Assembly: GCA_041488395.1 (NCBI GenBank)
Contig: JBGPPE010000001.1
Location: 1-54,674 of the forward strand
DNA from: Gallionellaceae bacterium
GTDB lineage: Bacteria; Pseudomonadota; Gammaproteobacteria; Burkholderiales; Gallionellaceae
DNA length: 54,674 nucleotides
Reading direction: 5' to 3'
In this document: positions 45,479-54,297 of the stretch, one piece after another
Layout: each line of letters starts with the position of its first letter
Numbering within the stretch: the stretch's first letter is position 1
The notes under the pieces: model-generated
Told to the model about the DNA's origin: nothing
Seen by the model: the letters and a program-made list of their open reading frames with translations, nothing else
Database searches by the model: none
Position numbers and translations under genes: made by a program

Positions 45479-46213
45479 TTACTTCAACCAGATAAACGTC
45501 CCCATCCTCCCAGTCACGCCATCCCGACGGTAGGAATAAAACCGCTCTGCATCGCTAAAGGTGCATACCCCGCCGCCATAAATGCGCGTAATGCCCAGTG
45601 CCTGCAAGCGCAACCGCGCCAGCTGAAAAATATCCGCCATCCACTTGCCTTCGGCGCCCGCCACAAAAGCAGCAGCAGCCTGCGCCTGCTGCGCAACAAA
45701 CGCCGCACGCACCTCATCGCCCACCTCAAACGCAGCCGGCCCAATTGCCGGCCCCAGCCAGGCCATCAGCGTAGACGCAGGCACGCTCATCGCCTGCACC
45801 GTTTTTTCGATCACGCCATCGCACAAGCCGCGCCAGCCGGCATGCGCCGCCCCCACCACCGTGCCTTGTTTATCGCACAGCAGTAGCGGCAGGCAATCCG
45901 CCGTCATCACCACGCACACCGCACCGGGATGGGTGGACACGCTGGCATCGGCCTGTGGCAGACAGCCGGCATGCCCGGCATCCTCCACGACCACGCCATG
46001 CACCTGGTTGAGCCACACCGGCTCGCTCGGCAGCAGCGGTGCCAGCAGCATGCGGTTGCGTGCCACCACCAGCGCGTTATCGCCGACATGGGTGCCAAGG
46101 TTGAAGCTGTCGTAGGGGGGCAGGCTGAGGCCGCCACGGCGGGTAGTTTGCAGTGCGCGTACATTGGCCGGGGCGGGCCAGTCGGGGATGATGCAATGAT
46201 CCAGCAGGCTCAC
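45479..46213 (-). CDS. pgeF: Peptidoglycan editing factor PgeF (YfiH/laccase-domain family)
   Basis: LNQVHG...TADCLPLLL...AHAGWRG motifs. Confidence 0.9.
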   Translation of the reverse strand: MSLLDHCIIPDWPAPANVRALQTTRRGGLSLPPYDSFNLGTHVGDNALVVARNRMLLAPLLPSEPVWLNQVHGVVVEDAGHAGCLPQADASVSTHPGAVCVVMTADCLPLLLCDKQGTVVGAAHAGWRGLCDGVIEKTVQAMSVPASTLMAWLGPAIGPAAFEVGDEVRAAFVAQQAQAAAAFVAGAEGKWMADIFQLARLRLQALGITRIYGGGVCTFSDAERFYSYRRDGVTGRMGTFIWLK

Positions 46214-46232
46214 ATCAACATCCCTCGTAGCC

Positions 46233-46412
46233 CGTCATTCCCGCGCAGCGTGTGTTGTTGGGGCTTTCGCCCCTTACAACCACGGCGTACTCCTTGCGGG
46301 TGCAGGCGGGAATCCAGTTGATTGAATGATCCCGCCTTGCGGGGCAACACCAATTCTTGTCCGCTGCGCGAATGTGTTTTTTTTGCTGGATTCCCGCCTG
46401 CGCGGGAATGAC
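46233..46412. repeat. dRS3-like inverted pair, copy 2, with the left unit split by an insertion of about 60 bp
   Basis: cgtcattcccgcgcag (46233-46248) ... gcgggaatccagttgatt (46305-46322) ... ctggattcccgcctgcgcgggaatgac (46386-46412). Compare the intact copy at 12123-12247. Confidence 0.75.
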
Positions 46413-46442
46413 AAGGTTGGGTAGTTTGCCAGCTCATGCTAT

Positions 46443-47486
46443 TTAACCTTGTGCCGCAATGCGCCGGATCTCGGCCAGCAGCTGCTGCATGTCCGCCGGC
46501 ATGTCCACTTGCCACTCCATCCACTCGCCGCTTTCCGGATGTTCCAGCCCGAGGCGCTCGGCATGCAGGGCCTGGCGCGGGAAGGCAGCGAGGATGTCGC
46601 GCATCTGCGGCGGGCATTTCTGCGCGCCCTTGATGTAGATATGGTCACCCACCAGCGGGTGGCGGATGGAGGCCATGTGCACGCGGATCTGGTGGGTGCG
46701 CCCGGTTTCCAGCTTGCAGCGCAGCAGGGTGCAGCCGGGGAAGGATTCCACGATGGTGTAATGGGTGACGGCCGGTTTGCCGCCCTCGACCACCGCCATT
46801 TTGGTGCGCTGCGAGGGGTGGCGATCAATCGGGGCGTCCACCTTGCCGTTGCGTTCCACTTCGCCGTGGGCGATGGCGAGGTATTCGCGGCTCACCGTGC
46901 GTGCCTGCAGCTGGCGCACCAGGTCGGTCTGCGCGATCAGGGTCTTGGCGACGACCAGCAGGCCGCTGGTGTCCTTGTCCAGGCGGTGTACGATGCCGGC
47001 GCGTGGCACTTCGCTGAGGTGCGGCGCATGGTGCAACAGGGCATTCAGCAGGGTGCCTTCCCAGTTGCCGCTGCCGGGATGCACGACCAGGCCGACCGGT
47101 TTGTTGATGATCAGGATGCTGTCGTCCTCGTAGACGATGTCGAGCGCAATGTCCTCGGCCAGGTAGGGCTGCTCGGAGGCAAGGCTCTGCGGCACCACCT
47201 CGACCACTTCCCTGCCCCACACTTTCTGCTTGGTGGTGGCCGGCTCGCCATTGAGGGTCACCTGCCCCTGCGTCACCCACTCCTGCAGGCGGCTGCGTGA
47301 GTATTCCGGCAACATTCTGGCCAGCACCTGGTCTAACCTCATGCCGCCATATTCAGTGGGAATGCTGAAAATCAGGGGGGAGAGTTCGTCGGGATTTGCA
47401 TCAATGTCAGCTTCAGTCGCGTCTTGTGGCGTAGGGACGGAGCTAACTTTGTTATAATCGCTTAATATTTTTTTGGATTTAGTCAT
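46443..47486 (-). CDS. rluD: 23S rRNA pseudouridine(1911/1915/1917) synthase
   Basis: S4 domain RLDQVLARMLPEYSRSRLQEW and the catalytic HRLDKDTSGLLVVAK. The start is uncertain (ATG 47486, or the later MRLDQ). Confidence 0.9.
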   Translation of the reverse strand: MTKSKKILSDYNKVSSVPTPQDATEADIDANPDELSPLIFSIPTEYGGMRLDQVLARMLPEYSRSRLQEWVTQGQVTLNGEPATTKQKVWGREVVEVVPQSLASEQPYLAEDIALDIVYEDDSILIINKPVGLVVHPGSGNWEGTLLNALLHHAPHLSEVPRAGIVHRLDKDTSGLLVVAKTLIAQTDLVRQLQARTVSREYLAIAHGEVERNGKVDAPIDRHPSQRTKMAVVEGGKPAVTHYTIVESFPGCTLLRCKLETGRTHQIRVHMASIRHPLVGDHIYIKGAQKCPPQMRDILAAFPRQALHAERLGLEHPESGEWMEWQVDMPADMQQLLAEIRRIAAQG

Positions 47487-48288
47487 GCGCCATAGTTTAG
47501 CTGTTTTCCTGCTGTTGACGTTAGTTGCTTGCAGCTCTGCCTCCAAAGACCCCAAGGCACTGGACGAGGCCAACAAGGTGCCGCCCGAGGAATTGTATGC
47601 CCAGGCACAGCAACAGATGGATGATGGCAATCTGGAAAAAACCATCAAGACCCTGGAAACCCTGCAGTCGCGTTACCCCTATGGCCGCTACGCACAGCAG
47701 GCGCAGATGGAAATTGCCTACGCCTATTACAAGCAGGAAGAGCCGGATGCAGCGCTGACTGCGGCCGACCGTTTTATCAAGCAGTATCCCAACAGCCCGC
47801 ATCTGGATTATGTGCTGTACCTGAAAGGCCTGATCAACTTCATCGACAATTCCGGCTTCCTCAAGCGCATGTCACAGCAAGACCCGGCCGAGCGTGACCC
47901 GCAGTCTGCGCGCGATTCGTTTGATGCCTACCGCGAGCTGGTGACGCGCTTCCCGGACAGTATCTATGCGCCCGATGCCAGGGTGCGCATGCAGTACCTG
48001 ATCAACATTCTGGCGCGCTCGGAAATACGCGTTGCCGACTACTACCTGCGCCGCCATGCGTATGTAGCCGCGGTAAACCGTGCCCAGAACGTGCTGAAGG
48101 AATTCCCGCAAACGCCGCAAACCCGTGATGCCCTGCAAATCATGGTGCAGGCTTACGAAGCCATGGGCATGAAAGATCTGCGCGACGATACCCAGCGCGT
48201 GCTCGACCTGAATATTGCCAAAGATGGCGTCAAGCCGGGCAGCAACGAGTATGTGCAGGGCGACAAGCCCTGGTGGCGCTTCTGGTAA
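47485..48288 (+). CDS. bamD: Outer-membrane protein assembly factor BamD
   Basis: Lipobox LTLVAC. TPR-like YPYGRYAQQAQMEIAYAYYK...FIKQYPNSPHLDY. Confidence 0.9.
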   Translation: MRHSLAVFLLLTLVACSSASKDPKALDEANKVPPEELYAQAQQQMDDGNLEKTIKTLETLQSRYPYGRYAQQAQMEIAYAYYKQEEPDAALTAADRFIKQYPNSPHLDYVLYLKGLINFIDNSGFLKRMSQQDPAERDPQSARDSFDAYRELVTRFPDSIYAPDARVRMQYLINILARSEIRVADYYLRRHAYVAAVNRAQNVLKEFPQTPQTRDALQIMVQAYEAMGMKDLRDDTQRVLDLNIAKDGVKPGSNEYVQGDKPWWRFW

Positions 48289-48304
48289 GCAGGAATCCTA
48301 TCCC

Positions 48305-48859
48305 ATGAAATACTGTCCAGAATGCGGCGCCCCGGTCGAACTGCGCCAGCCGCAGGATGACACACGCGCACGCCATGTCTGCACAGCCTGCGCTACCGTG
48401 CACTACCAGAACCCCAAGCTGATCGTGGGCGCGATTCCCGAGTGGGAAGATGGCCGCATCCTGCTGTGCCGCCGCGCGATCGAACCGCGCATCGGCTTGT
48501 GGACGCTGCCGGCCGGCTTTATGGAGAATGGTGAAACCACGCCCGAGGCTGCGGCGCGGGAAACGCTGGAAGAAGCCAATGCACAGGTGGAGATCGGCGA
48601 GCTGTACTCGATGTACAACCTGGCCTACATCGATCAGGTGTACTTGCTGTTCCGCGCACGGCTGCTGAATCTGGACTTTTCGCCGGGGGTGGAAAGTCTG
48701 GAGGTCAAACTCTTTGCCGAGCGCGATATTCCGTGGGACGAGATGGCTTTCCGTGCCGTGCGCATGACGCTGGAAAATTATTTTGCCGACCGCAAGGCCG
48801 GCGTGTTCCAGTTTCGCATGGCTGACCTGGCTCCCGCGCCGACACCCCACACGCCCTGA
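48305..48859 (+). CDS. NUDIX hydrolase with an N-terminal zinc ribbon
   Basis: CPECG...CTAC. Nudix box GFMENGETTPEAAARETLEEA. Confidence 0.85.
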   Translation: MKYCPECGAPVELRQPQDDTRARHVCTACATVHYQNPKLIVGAIPEWEDGRILLCRRAIEPRIGLWTLPAGFMENGETTPEAAARETLEEANAQVEIGELYSMYNLAYIDQVYLLFRARLLNLDFSPGVESLEVKLFAERDIPWDEMAFRAVRMTLENYFADRKAGVFQFRMADLAPAPTPHTP

Positions 48860-48881
48860 ATACCTGCACTCCCAAATACAA

Positions 48882-48909
48882 GGAGCCCCATTTTTTAAAA
48901 TGGGGCTCC
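48882..48909. terminator. Bidirectional hairpin terminator between convergent genes
   Basis: ggagcccca-ttttttaaaa-tggggctcc. The stem is 9 bp, and the loop and flanks are A/T rich. Confidence 0.65.
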
Positions 48910-48934
48910 ACTGCATCCACCGCGTTACAACAGC

Positions 48935-49783
48935 TTATTTGGCGGCACCCAATGTAGCCATAAAGCGCTCGGAAAGATTGGGCTGGCTGTCAAAACCATC
49001 GAATGAATTCGCCATCAGTTTCTCCAGCAGGCTGAGGCGATCAGCCAGCGCCGGGTGCGTCTTGAACATCAGCGCGAGGCCCGAATCCTGCGGGTTAATC
49101 GACTGCAAGGTCTGCAATACTGCCGGCAGGCCGTAGGGGTCATAGCCGGCGCGTGCAGCTATCACCACGCCCATGCGATCCGCTTCAAACTCATCACTCT
49201 TGTCCAGTCCGCGCGTATACACCTCGGTGCCTGCGCTCACCAGCTTGTTCAAGGCCGGGTTGCCGCCCTTTTCCTTGATCACCTCACCGGTAAATTCGGC
49301 TAACAGCTCGGTGCGCGCGCCCTTCTTGATCGCCTGCAAATGGTGCTTGCGCAGCACGTGGGAAATTTCGTGCGCCAGCACCCCGGCCAGCTCCGCCTCG
49401 CTGTGCATGCGTGCCAGCAACCCTTTGGTGATGAAGACATAGCCGCCCGGTGCCGCAAACGCATTGATGTCGTTGTCATCCAGCACGCCGAATTGCCACG
49501 GCAGATCGGGGCGCTCGGTCTGCAATGCCAGCCAGCGCCCGACATGATTGACGTATTCTTGCACGCGCTGATTTTTGTACAAGGGGGCGGCCCCCAGCAG
49601 GTTGCTGGCAATGCCCTTGCCCAGCTCGATTTCCTGCGGCTCATCGATATCGCTGTTGGCCTTCTTGATCTTCTTCAGCGTCTCCACGGTCTTGCCCAGA
49701 TCGATATTGCTGAAATCAAAAGCGGCTACCGGCAGTGCCACGCAGCCCAGCAGCAGTGCCAGAAAAGATAATTTGGTTTTCAT
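48935..49783 (-). CDS. M48-family zinc metalloprotease (exported)
   Basis: Signal/lipobox LLLGC, HEISHVLRKHH (HExxH) and a downstream E.EAD motif. Confidence 0.85.
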   Translation of the reverse strand: MKTKLSFLALLLGCVALPVAAFDFSNIDLGKTVETLKKIKKANSDIDEPQEIELGKGIASNLLGAAPLYKNQRVQEYVNHVGRWLALQTERPDLPWQFGVLDDNDINAFAAPGGYVFITKGLLARMHSEAELAGVLAHEISHVLRKHHLQAIKKGARTELLAEFTGEVIKEKGGNPALNKLVSAGTEVYTRGLDKSDEFEADRMGVVIAARAGYDPYGLPAVLQTLQSINPQDSGLALMFKTHPALADRLSLLEKLMANSFDGFDSQPNLSERFMATLGAAK

Positions 49784-50286
49784 CAGTTGTCTCCCTCCAC
49801 CTCTGGCAGATAGTCCATGCTGTGCGCAGTCAGCTTGCCCGCCTTGGCAAATTTCTTCGCCTCGGCTTTATCCACCGCGTAAGCGCGAGCCGCTTCAAGC
49901 TCCTGCGGATTGGCATGGGTGTTTTTCAACTGCTCTTCGGACAGTCCGCGTACGCCGGTGGTCACCGTGCTGCCACTGCTGCCGGTAGTCGCCACGTTGA
50001 ACAGCGATGCCAGCCCGCTGTCGCCGCGCTTTTTCTGGGCGGACGCTTCGCCCAGGCGCAGGCTGAGCATTTTCACCCAGCCGGTCTTGCCGCCAACCTT
50101 GACCTGCATCCAGCTGGATTTGCGCTGCATGATCTCCACTTTGCTGTTGGCCGACACCACCGACAGGGTGTCGGCATCGCTATACGGCCTGGCCTTCAGG
50201 TCGGTGTCGCGCACCGCGTAGGCCGGGTCACCGGCTTGCGCCAGGCCGCACAGCAGGCTTAAACAAACTGCAGCTATCCACCTCAT
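49783..50286 (-). CDS. Exported bacterial SH3-domain protein
   Basis: Signal peptide MRWIAAVCLSLLCGLAQA after a GAGGAG RBS. LKARPYSDADTLSVVSANSKVEIMQRKSSWMQVKVGGKTGWV is an SH3b pattern. A 1-nt overlap with the M48 gene start. Confidence 0.7.
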   Translation of the reverse strand: MRWIAAVCLSLLCGLAQAGDPAYAVRDTDLKARPYSDADTLSVVSANSKVEIMQRKSSWMQVKVGGKTGWVKMLSLRLGEASAQKKRGDSGLASLFNVATTGSSGSTVTTGVRGLSEEQLKNTHANPQELEAARAYAVDKAEAKKFAKAGKLTAHSMDYLPEVEGDN

Positions 50287-50323
50287 TCTTGCTCTCCTCA
50301 TTTATCCTAAAAGCGGCAATACT

Positions 50324-50431
50324 ATCCGCAGATTTCGCAGATTAACGCAGATTTCCATGCAGTGATCGGCAATTACTACACCACCCAAAAAGCAAACACA
50401 TTTGGCAAGGCAATCTGTTTAATCTGCGGAC
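50324..50431. repeat. CGCAGATTA-type palindromic intergenic element, copy C
   Basis: atccgcagatttcgcagattaacgcagattt ... caatctgtttaatctgcggac. Confidence 0.8.
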
Positions 50432-50448
50432 AAATGCTTTTTCCAGAT

Positions 50449-52296
50449 TTATTGCTTACTGCTCGCCTTGGGCTGTGGCGCAAACAATTCAACCTCTTTG
50501 GCGCGTCCCTTGACCGCAAATGAACCATAGCCCTTGAAATCAAACGCATCGGCACACAGTTCCATGGTGTCGCGCGAAACCAGGATGCGCGAAACGCCCT
50601 TGGTCAGCCCCTCAATGCGGCTGGCGAGGTTGACCGTGTCGCCAATCGCCGTGTATTCGCGCCGCTGCTCGGAACCGATCAGCCCCACCACGGCCGGGCC
50701 GGAGTGGATGCCGATGCCGACATCGAAATTGGCATCTTCCTCGCCCAGCTCTTTCTTGAAACGCTGCAGCACCTCTGCCATTTCCAGCGCCGCCGCCACG
50801 GCGTTGCGGGCATGCTGCGGATCGTCCAGCGGCGCGCCCCAGAAGGCCATGATGGCATCGCCGATAAACTTGTCGAGCGAGCCGCCATGACGGAATACAA
50901 CTTCGACCTGCAAAGTGAAGTAGCGGTTGAGCAGATCGACCACCTGTTCCGGCGTGCGTTTCTCCGACAGGGTGGTAAAGCCGCGGATGTCGGAAAACAG
51001 CACGCTGACCTGGCGGCTCTCACCGCCGCGGCTCAAACCGCCGTGCGCAACCAGCTCCTGCACCACATGCGGGTTGACGAAGCGGCTGAACATTTGCACC
51101 GCCTGCTCGCGCGACTTGCGCTCACGCAGATACTCCTGCAGCGCGCCCGCCACAAAATAGGCCCAGGCCAGCAGCAATGGAATCAGCACCGGCAGCAGAT
51201 ACAGACGCCCGACCGCGTAATAGCTGCCGAGCAGCAGCAATACGGTGGTTGCCGCCAGCACAATGCCGATCTTCAGCGCGTTTCTGCCATTGGCGAAGGC
51301 GATCGCCAGCAACAACAGCAAGCTCCAGGCCAGCACCGGCGCAAACCAGGCCGGCGCACTGTGCATCATGCGCTGGTTTTTCAGGTTATCCAGTGCGGTC
51401 GCCAGTATTTCCACGCCGGGATACAGGCTGGCCAGCGGCGTGACGCGCATATCCTGCAGGCCGGTAGCAGCGGTGCCGATAATGACGATCTTGCCGCTCA
51501 GCTCATCCTGCGCGCGCCTGGGATGCTCATGGCTGAAATCCTGGTACAGGTCGGCATAGGAAATATGCCTGAAGGAGGCTGCCTGGCCACGCCAGGACAG
51601 GACCATGTCGGGCTGTTGCGGCACTGCGTAACCCAGATCCGCCGCCACGCGCGCGGGCAGAGAAGGAATCAGCCAGCCGTAGGCATCGGTGTAAAGCTGG
51701 TAGCGCCGCCCCACGCCGTCGTGGTCTTCGACAAAATTATTGGTGCCGCCGCGCCAGTATTTCGGATCGATCGCCAGCGGCGGCAACAGGGCAATGCGCG
51801 CCTGGTCATCGGCCTGAGCGGTGCGCTGCAAACCCAGCACAGCGGCTATCTGTGCCAGCGGAGCGCCTTTACTATCCTGGGCCGGGTCACGCCGCACAAT
51901 CGGGAAGTAGATGTTGTCCTTGCCCTTCAGTGCCTGATTGAACAGTTTGTCGCTGTCGGGACGGTACTGGTCGCGCTCGCTGAACAGGATATCGAACACG
52001 ATGGCCCGGGGATGCTGCCTGGCGATACCCTGCACCAGCTCGCCGTGCGCGGCGCGCGGCCACGGCCAGCTGCCGACCTCTTCCTCCATGCGCGCCAGGC
52101 TGTAGTCATCGATGTCGACGATGACGATATCGCCATCAGGCTGCAGGGATTGCGCCTGCATCTTGACAAAGCGGTCGGACAGGCGGTTTTCCAGCGGTGA
52201 CAGGGCGTGCAGCCAGCCCAGCTCCAGCACGGATGCGAGCAGGAACAGCAGCGTAATAATCAGCACAGATCGTTGGGGAATTTTCATCGGTGTCAT
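50449..52296 (-). CDS. CHASE2 sensor-domain class III adenylate/guanylate cyclase
   Basis: N-terminal TM helix, a periplasmic CHASE2-like region, 3 TM helices and a cyclase domain (VSVLFSDIRGFTTLSE ... GDAIMAFWGAP ... IGDTVNLASR). Confidence 0.88.
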   Translation of the reverse strand: MTPMKIPQRSVLIITLLFLLASVLELGWLHALSPLENRLSDRFVKMQAQSLQPDGDIVIVDIDDYSLARMEEEVGSWPWPRAAHGELVQGIARQHPRAIVFDILFSERDQYRPDSDKLFNQALKGKDNIYFPIVRRDPAQDSKGAPLAQIAAVLGLQRTAQADDQARIALLPPLAIDPKYWRGGTNNFVEDHDGVGRRYQLYTDAYGWLIPSLPARVAADLGYAVPQQPDMVLSWRGQAASFRHISYADLYQDFSHEHPRRAQDELSGKIVIIGTAATGLQDMRVTPLASLYPGVEILATALDNLKNQRMMHSAPAWFAPVLAWSLLLLLAIAFANGRNALKIGIVLAATTVLLLLGSYYAVGRLYLLPVLIPLLLAWAYFVAGALQEYLRERKSREQAVQMFSRFVNPHVVQELVAHGGLSRGGESRQVSVLFSDIRGFTTLSEKRTPEQVVDLLNRYFTLQVEVVFRHGGSLDKFIGDAIMAFWGAPLDDPQHARNAVAAALEMAEVLQRFKKELGEEDANFDVGIGIHSGPAVVGLIGSEQRREYTAIGDTVNLASRIEGLTKGVSRILVSRDTMELCADAFDFKGYGSFAVKGRAKEVELFAPQPKASSKQ

Positions 52297-52427
52297 GTTA
52301 ATCGGATTATGCCTCCACGAACAGGGTACGCGGCAGCCCGGAATCGCAACCCGGGAATTTTATTGAAAAATCCGGAATGACACTATAATCGCGAATCGCC
52401 CCATAAACTTTAACCTTGCGGATATTT

Positions 52428-53144
52428 ATGCCTGTCTTTCGTTTTTTTGCCCTGTTCGCATCGCTGATACTGGCCGGCTGCGCATCACCCGGCGGAAAAT
52501 CCAACCCCAAAGACCCGTTTGAAGGATTCAACCGCGGCGTCTACCGCTTCAACGACACCATGGACAGAGCCGTGCTCAAGCCGGTGGCGCAGGGCTACAG
52601 CAAGGTCACGCCCAAACCGGTGCAGAATATGCTGCACAACTTCTTCTCCAATCTGGACGATGTGGTGGTGACCTTTAACGATTTGTTCCAGCTCAAATTT
52701 GCCCAGGCCGCATCGGATGGCACCCGCGTCATCGTCAACTCGACCTTTGGCGTGTTTGGACTGATCAATGTGGCAAACCGCCTGGAAAAACACAACGAGG
52801 ACCTTGGCCAGACCCTGGGCTACTGGGGCGTCAGCAGCGGCCCCTATATCGTCATCCCTTTCCTCGGGCCTAGCAGCGTGCGCGATGGCATCGGCCTGTA
52901 CGGCGACACCTACGTCGGCCCGATCAGCAACCTGGATGACGTCGCCTTGCGCAACCAGCTGTACCTTGCCAAAGGCATAGAGTTGCGCGCTTCCCTGCTG
53001 GATACGGAAAAAGTCGTGGATGACACCATGCTGGATCGTTACAGCTTTATCCGCGATGCCTATTTGATGCGCCGCCAGAGCCTGGTATACGACGGCGATC
53101 CGCCACGGGAAAAATATGATGATGAGGATGACGGCGCCCCCTGA
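52428..53144 (+). CDS. mlaA: Phospholipid-trafficking lipoprotein MlaA/VacJ
   Basis: Lipobox LILAGC. DPFEGFNRGVYRFND and GPYIVIPFLGPSSVRD motifs. Confidence 0.88.
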   Translation: MPVFRFFALFASLILAGCASPGGKSNPKDPFEGFNRGVYRFNDTMDRAVLKPVAQGYSKVTPKPVQNMLHNFFSNLDDVVVTFNDLFQLKFAQAASDGTRVIVNSTFGVFGLINVANRLEKHNEDLGQTLGYWGVSSGPYIVIPFLGPSSVRDGIGLYGDTYVGPISNLDDVALRNQLYLAKGIELRASLLDTEKVVDDTMLDRYSFIRDAYLMRRQSLVYDGDPPREKYDDEDDGAP

Positions 53145-53156
53145 GGCAAGGGCACT

Positions 53157-53468
53157 TCACTCACACTCGATTTGTACCTTGCCCTGCGCCACCCGCACTG
53201 GGTAGGTGCGCACATCCTCGTAGGCCGGCGGCCCCAGAACAGCGCCTGTCCTGATCGAAAAACGTGCCCCATGGCGCGGGCAAACGATCTCGTCTCCTTC
53301 CAGCTTGCCATTGGCCAGCTCGCCGCCATCATGTGGGCACGCATCCCTGATGGCAAAGAATGCGCCGTCAAGATTGAACACAGCCACTGCGGTTCCGTCC
53401 ACATCGACCACGCGGCGGCTTCCCGGTGTCAGTTCATCAATGTTTGCGACATCCAGCCAGCTGCTCAT
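53157..53468 (-). CDS. Rieske [2Fe-2S] ferredoxin-type protein
   Basis: CPHDGG...CPRHGARF is the Rieske CxH...CxxH motif. Confidence 0.85.
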   Translation of the reverse strand: MSSWLDVANIDELTPGSRRVVDVDGTAVAVFNLDGAFFAIRDACPHDGGELANGKLEGDEIVCPRHGARFSIRTGAVLGPPAYEDVRTYPVRVAQGKVQIECE

Positions 53469-53483
53469 CGCACTCCCCTTCTG

Positions 53484-53840
53484 TCACAGCAAGCCCAGCT
53501 GCAACCGTGCTGCCTCCGACATCCGCTCACTGCCCCAGGGCGGCTCCCACACCAGTTCCACCGTCACCTCGTTGACCCCCTCCACCAGCCACAGCGCGTC
53601 CTGCACCATATCCGGGAAGCCCTCGGCCACCGGACAATTGGGCGCAGTCAGCGTCATACGGACATGCACCTCGCCCGTTGCGCTCACATCCAGTGCGTAA
53701 ATCAGGCCGAGGTCATAGATGTTCACCGGTATCTCCGGGTCGAAGATCGTGCGCAGCTTCTCGATGACCCGCGCCTCCAGCTCCTTCGGGTCAGTTGCTC
53801 GCTGCTGCAGATGCTCGCTCAATTTTTTGAAGTCGATCAT
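53484..53840 (-). CDS. sufT: DUF59/SufT-like Fe-S cluster assembly protein
   Basis: DPEIPVNIYDLGLIY...MTLTAPNCP motif. Confidence 0.8.
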   Translation of the reverse strand: MIDFKKLSEHLQQRATDPKELEARVIEKLRTIFDPEIPVNIYDLGLIYALDVSATGEVHVRMTLTAPNCPVAEGFPDMVQDALWLVEGVNEVTVELVWEPPWGSERMSEAARLQLGLL

Positions 53841-53856
53841 GCGCCGCCTCTTGTCC

Positions 53857-54297
53857 TTATTCCGTCGTCACCGCTTCCTCGACATTCTCGAGCGCGGCCT
53901 TCAGGGTGTGCCAGGCCAGCGTGGCGCACTTCACCCGTTGCGGGAATTCATGCACGCCAGCCAATACCTGCAGCTTGCCTGCGTCCCCAGCCATGACGCC
54001 GCCGGTCACCATGCCGTGAATTTTTTCCAGCAGCTGCAGTGCTTCGTCTTCGCGTTTGCCCTTGATGCTTTCCGTCATCAGCGAAGCCGATGCCGTGGCG
54101 ATGGCACAGCCGGAGCCTTCAAAACGGGCGTCGCGTATCACGCCATCTTCCACCTGCAGATACAGTTTTACCCTGTCGCCGCACAGCGGGTTGTAGCCTT
54201 CTGCCGTGCGGTTGGCGCCAGGCTGGCGGCCAGCATTGCGCGGCTGGCGATAGTGGTCGAGGATGGTTTCCTGGTACAGCTCGCGCAGGTCGGTCAT
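53857..54297 (-). CDS. sufU: SufU/IscU-like Fe-S scaffold or sulfur-acceptor protein
   Basis: YNPLCGD...GSGCAI... with a conserved Cys triad (the third Cys is in KCATL). Confidence 0.85.
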   Translation of the reverse strand: MTDLRELYQETILDHYRQPRNAGRQPGANRTAEGYNPLCGDRVKLYLQVEDGVIRDARFEGSGCAIATASASLMTESIKGKREDEALQLLEKIHGMVTGGVMAGDAGKLQVLAGVHEFPQRVKCATLAWHTLKAALENVEEAVTTE

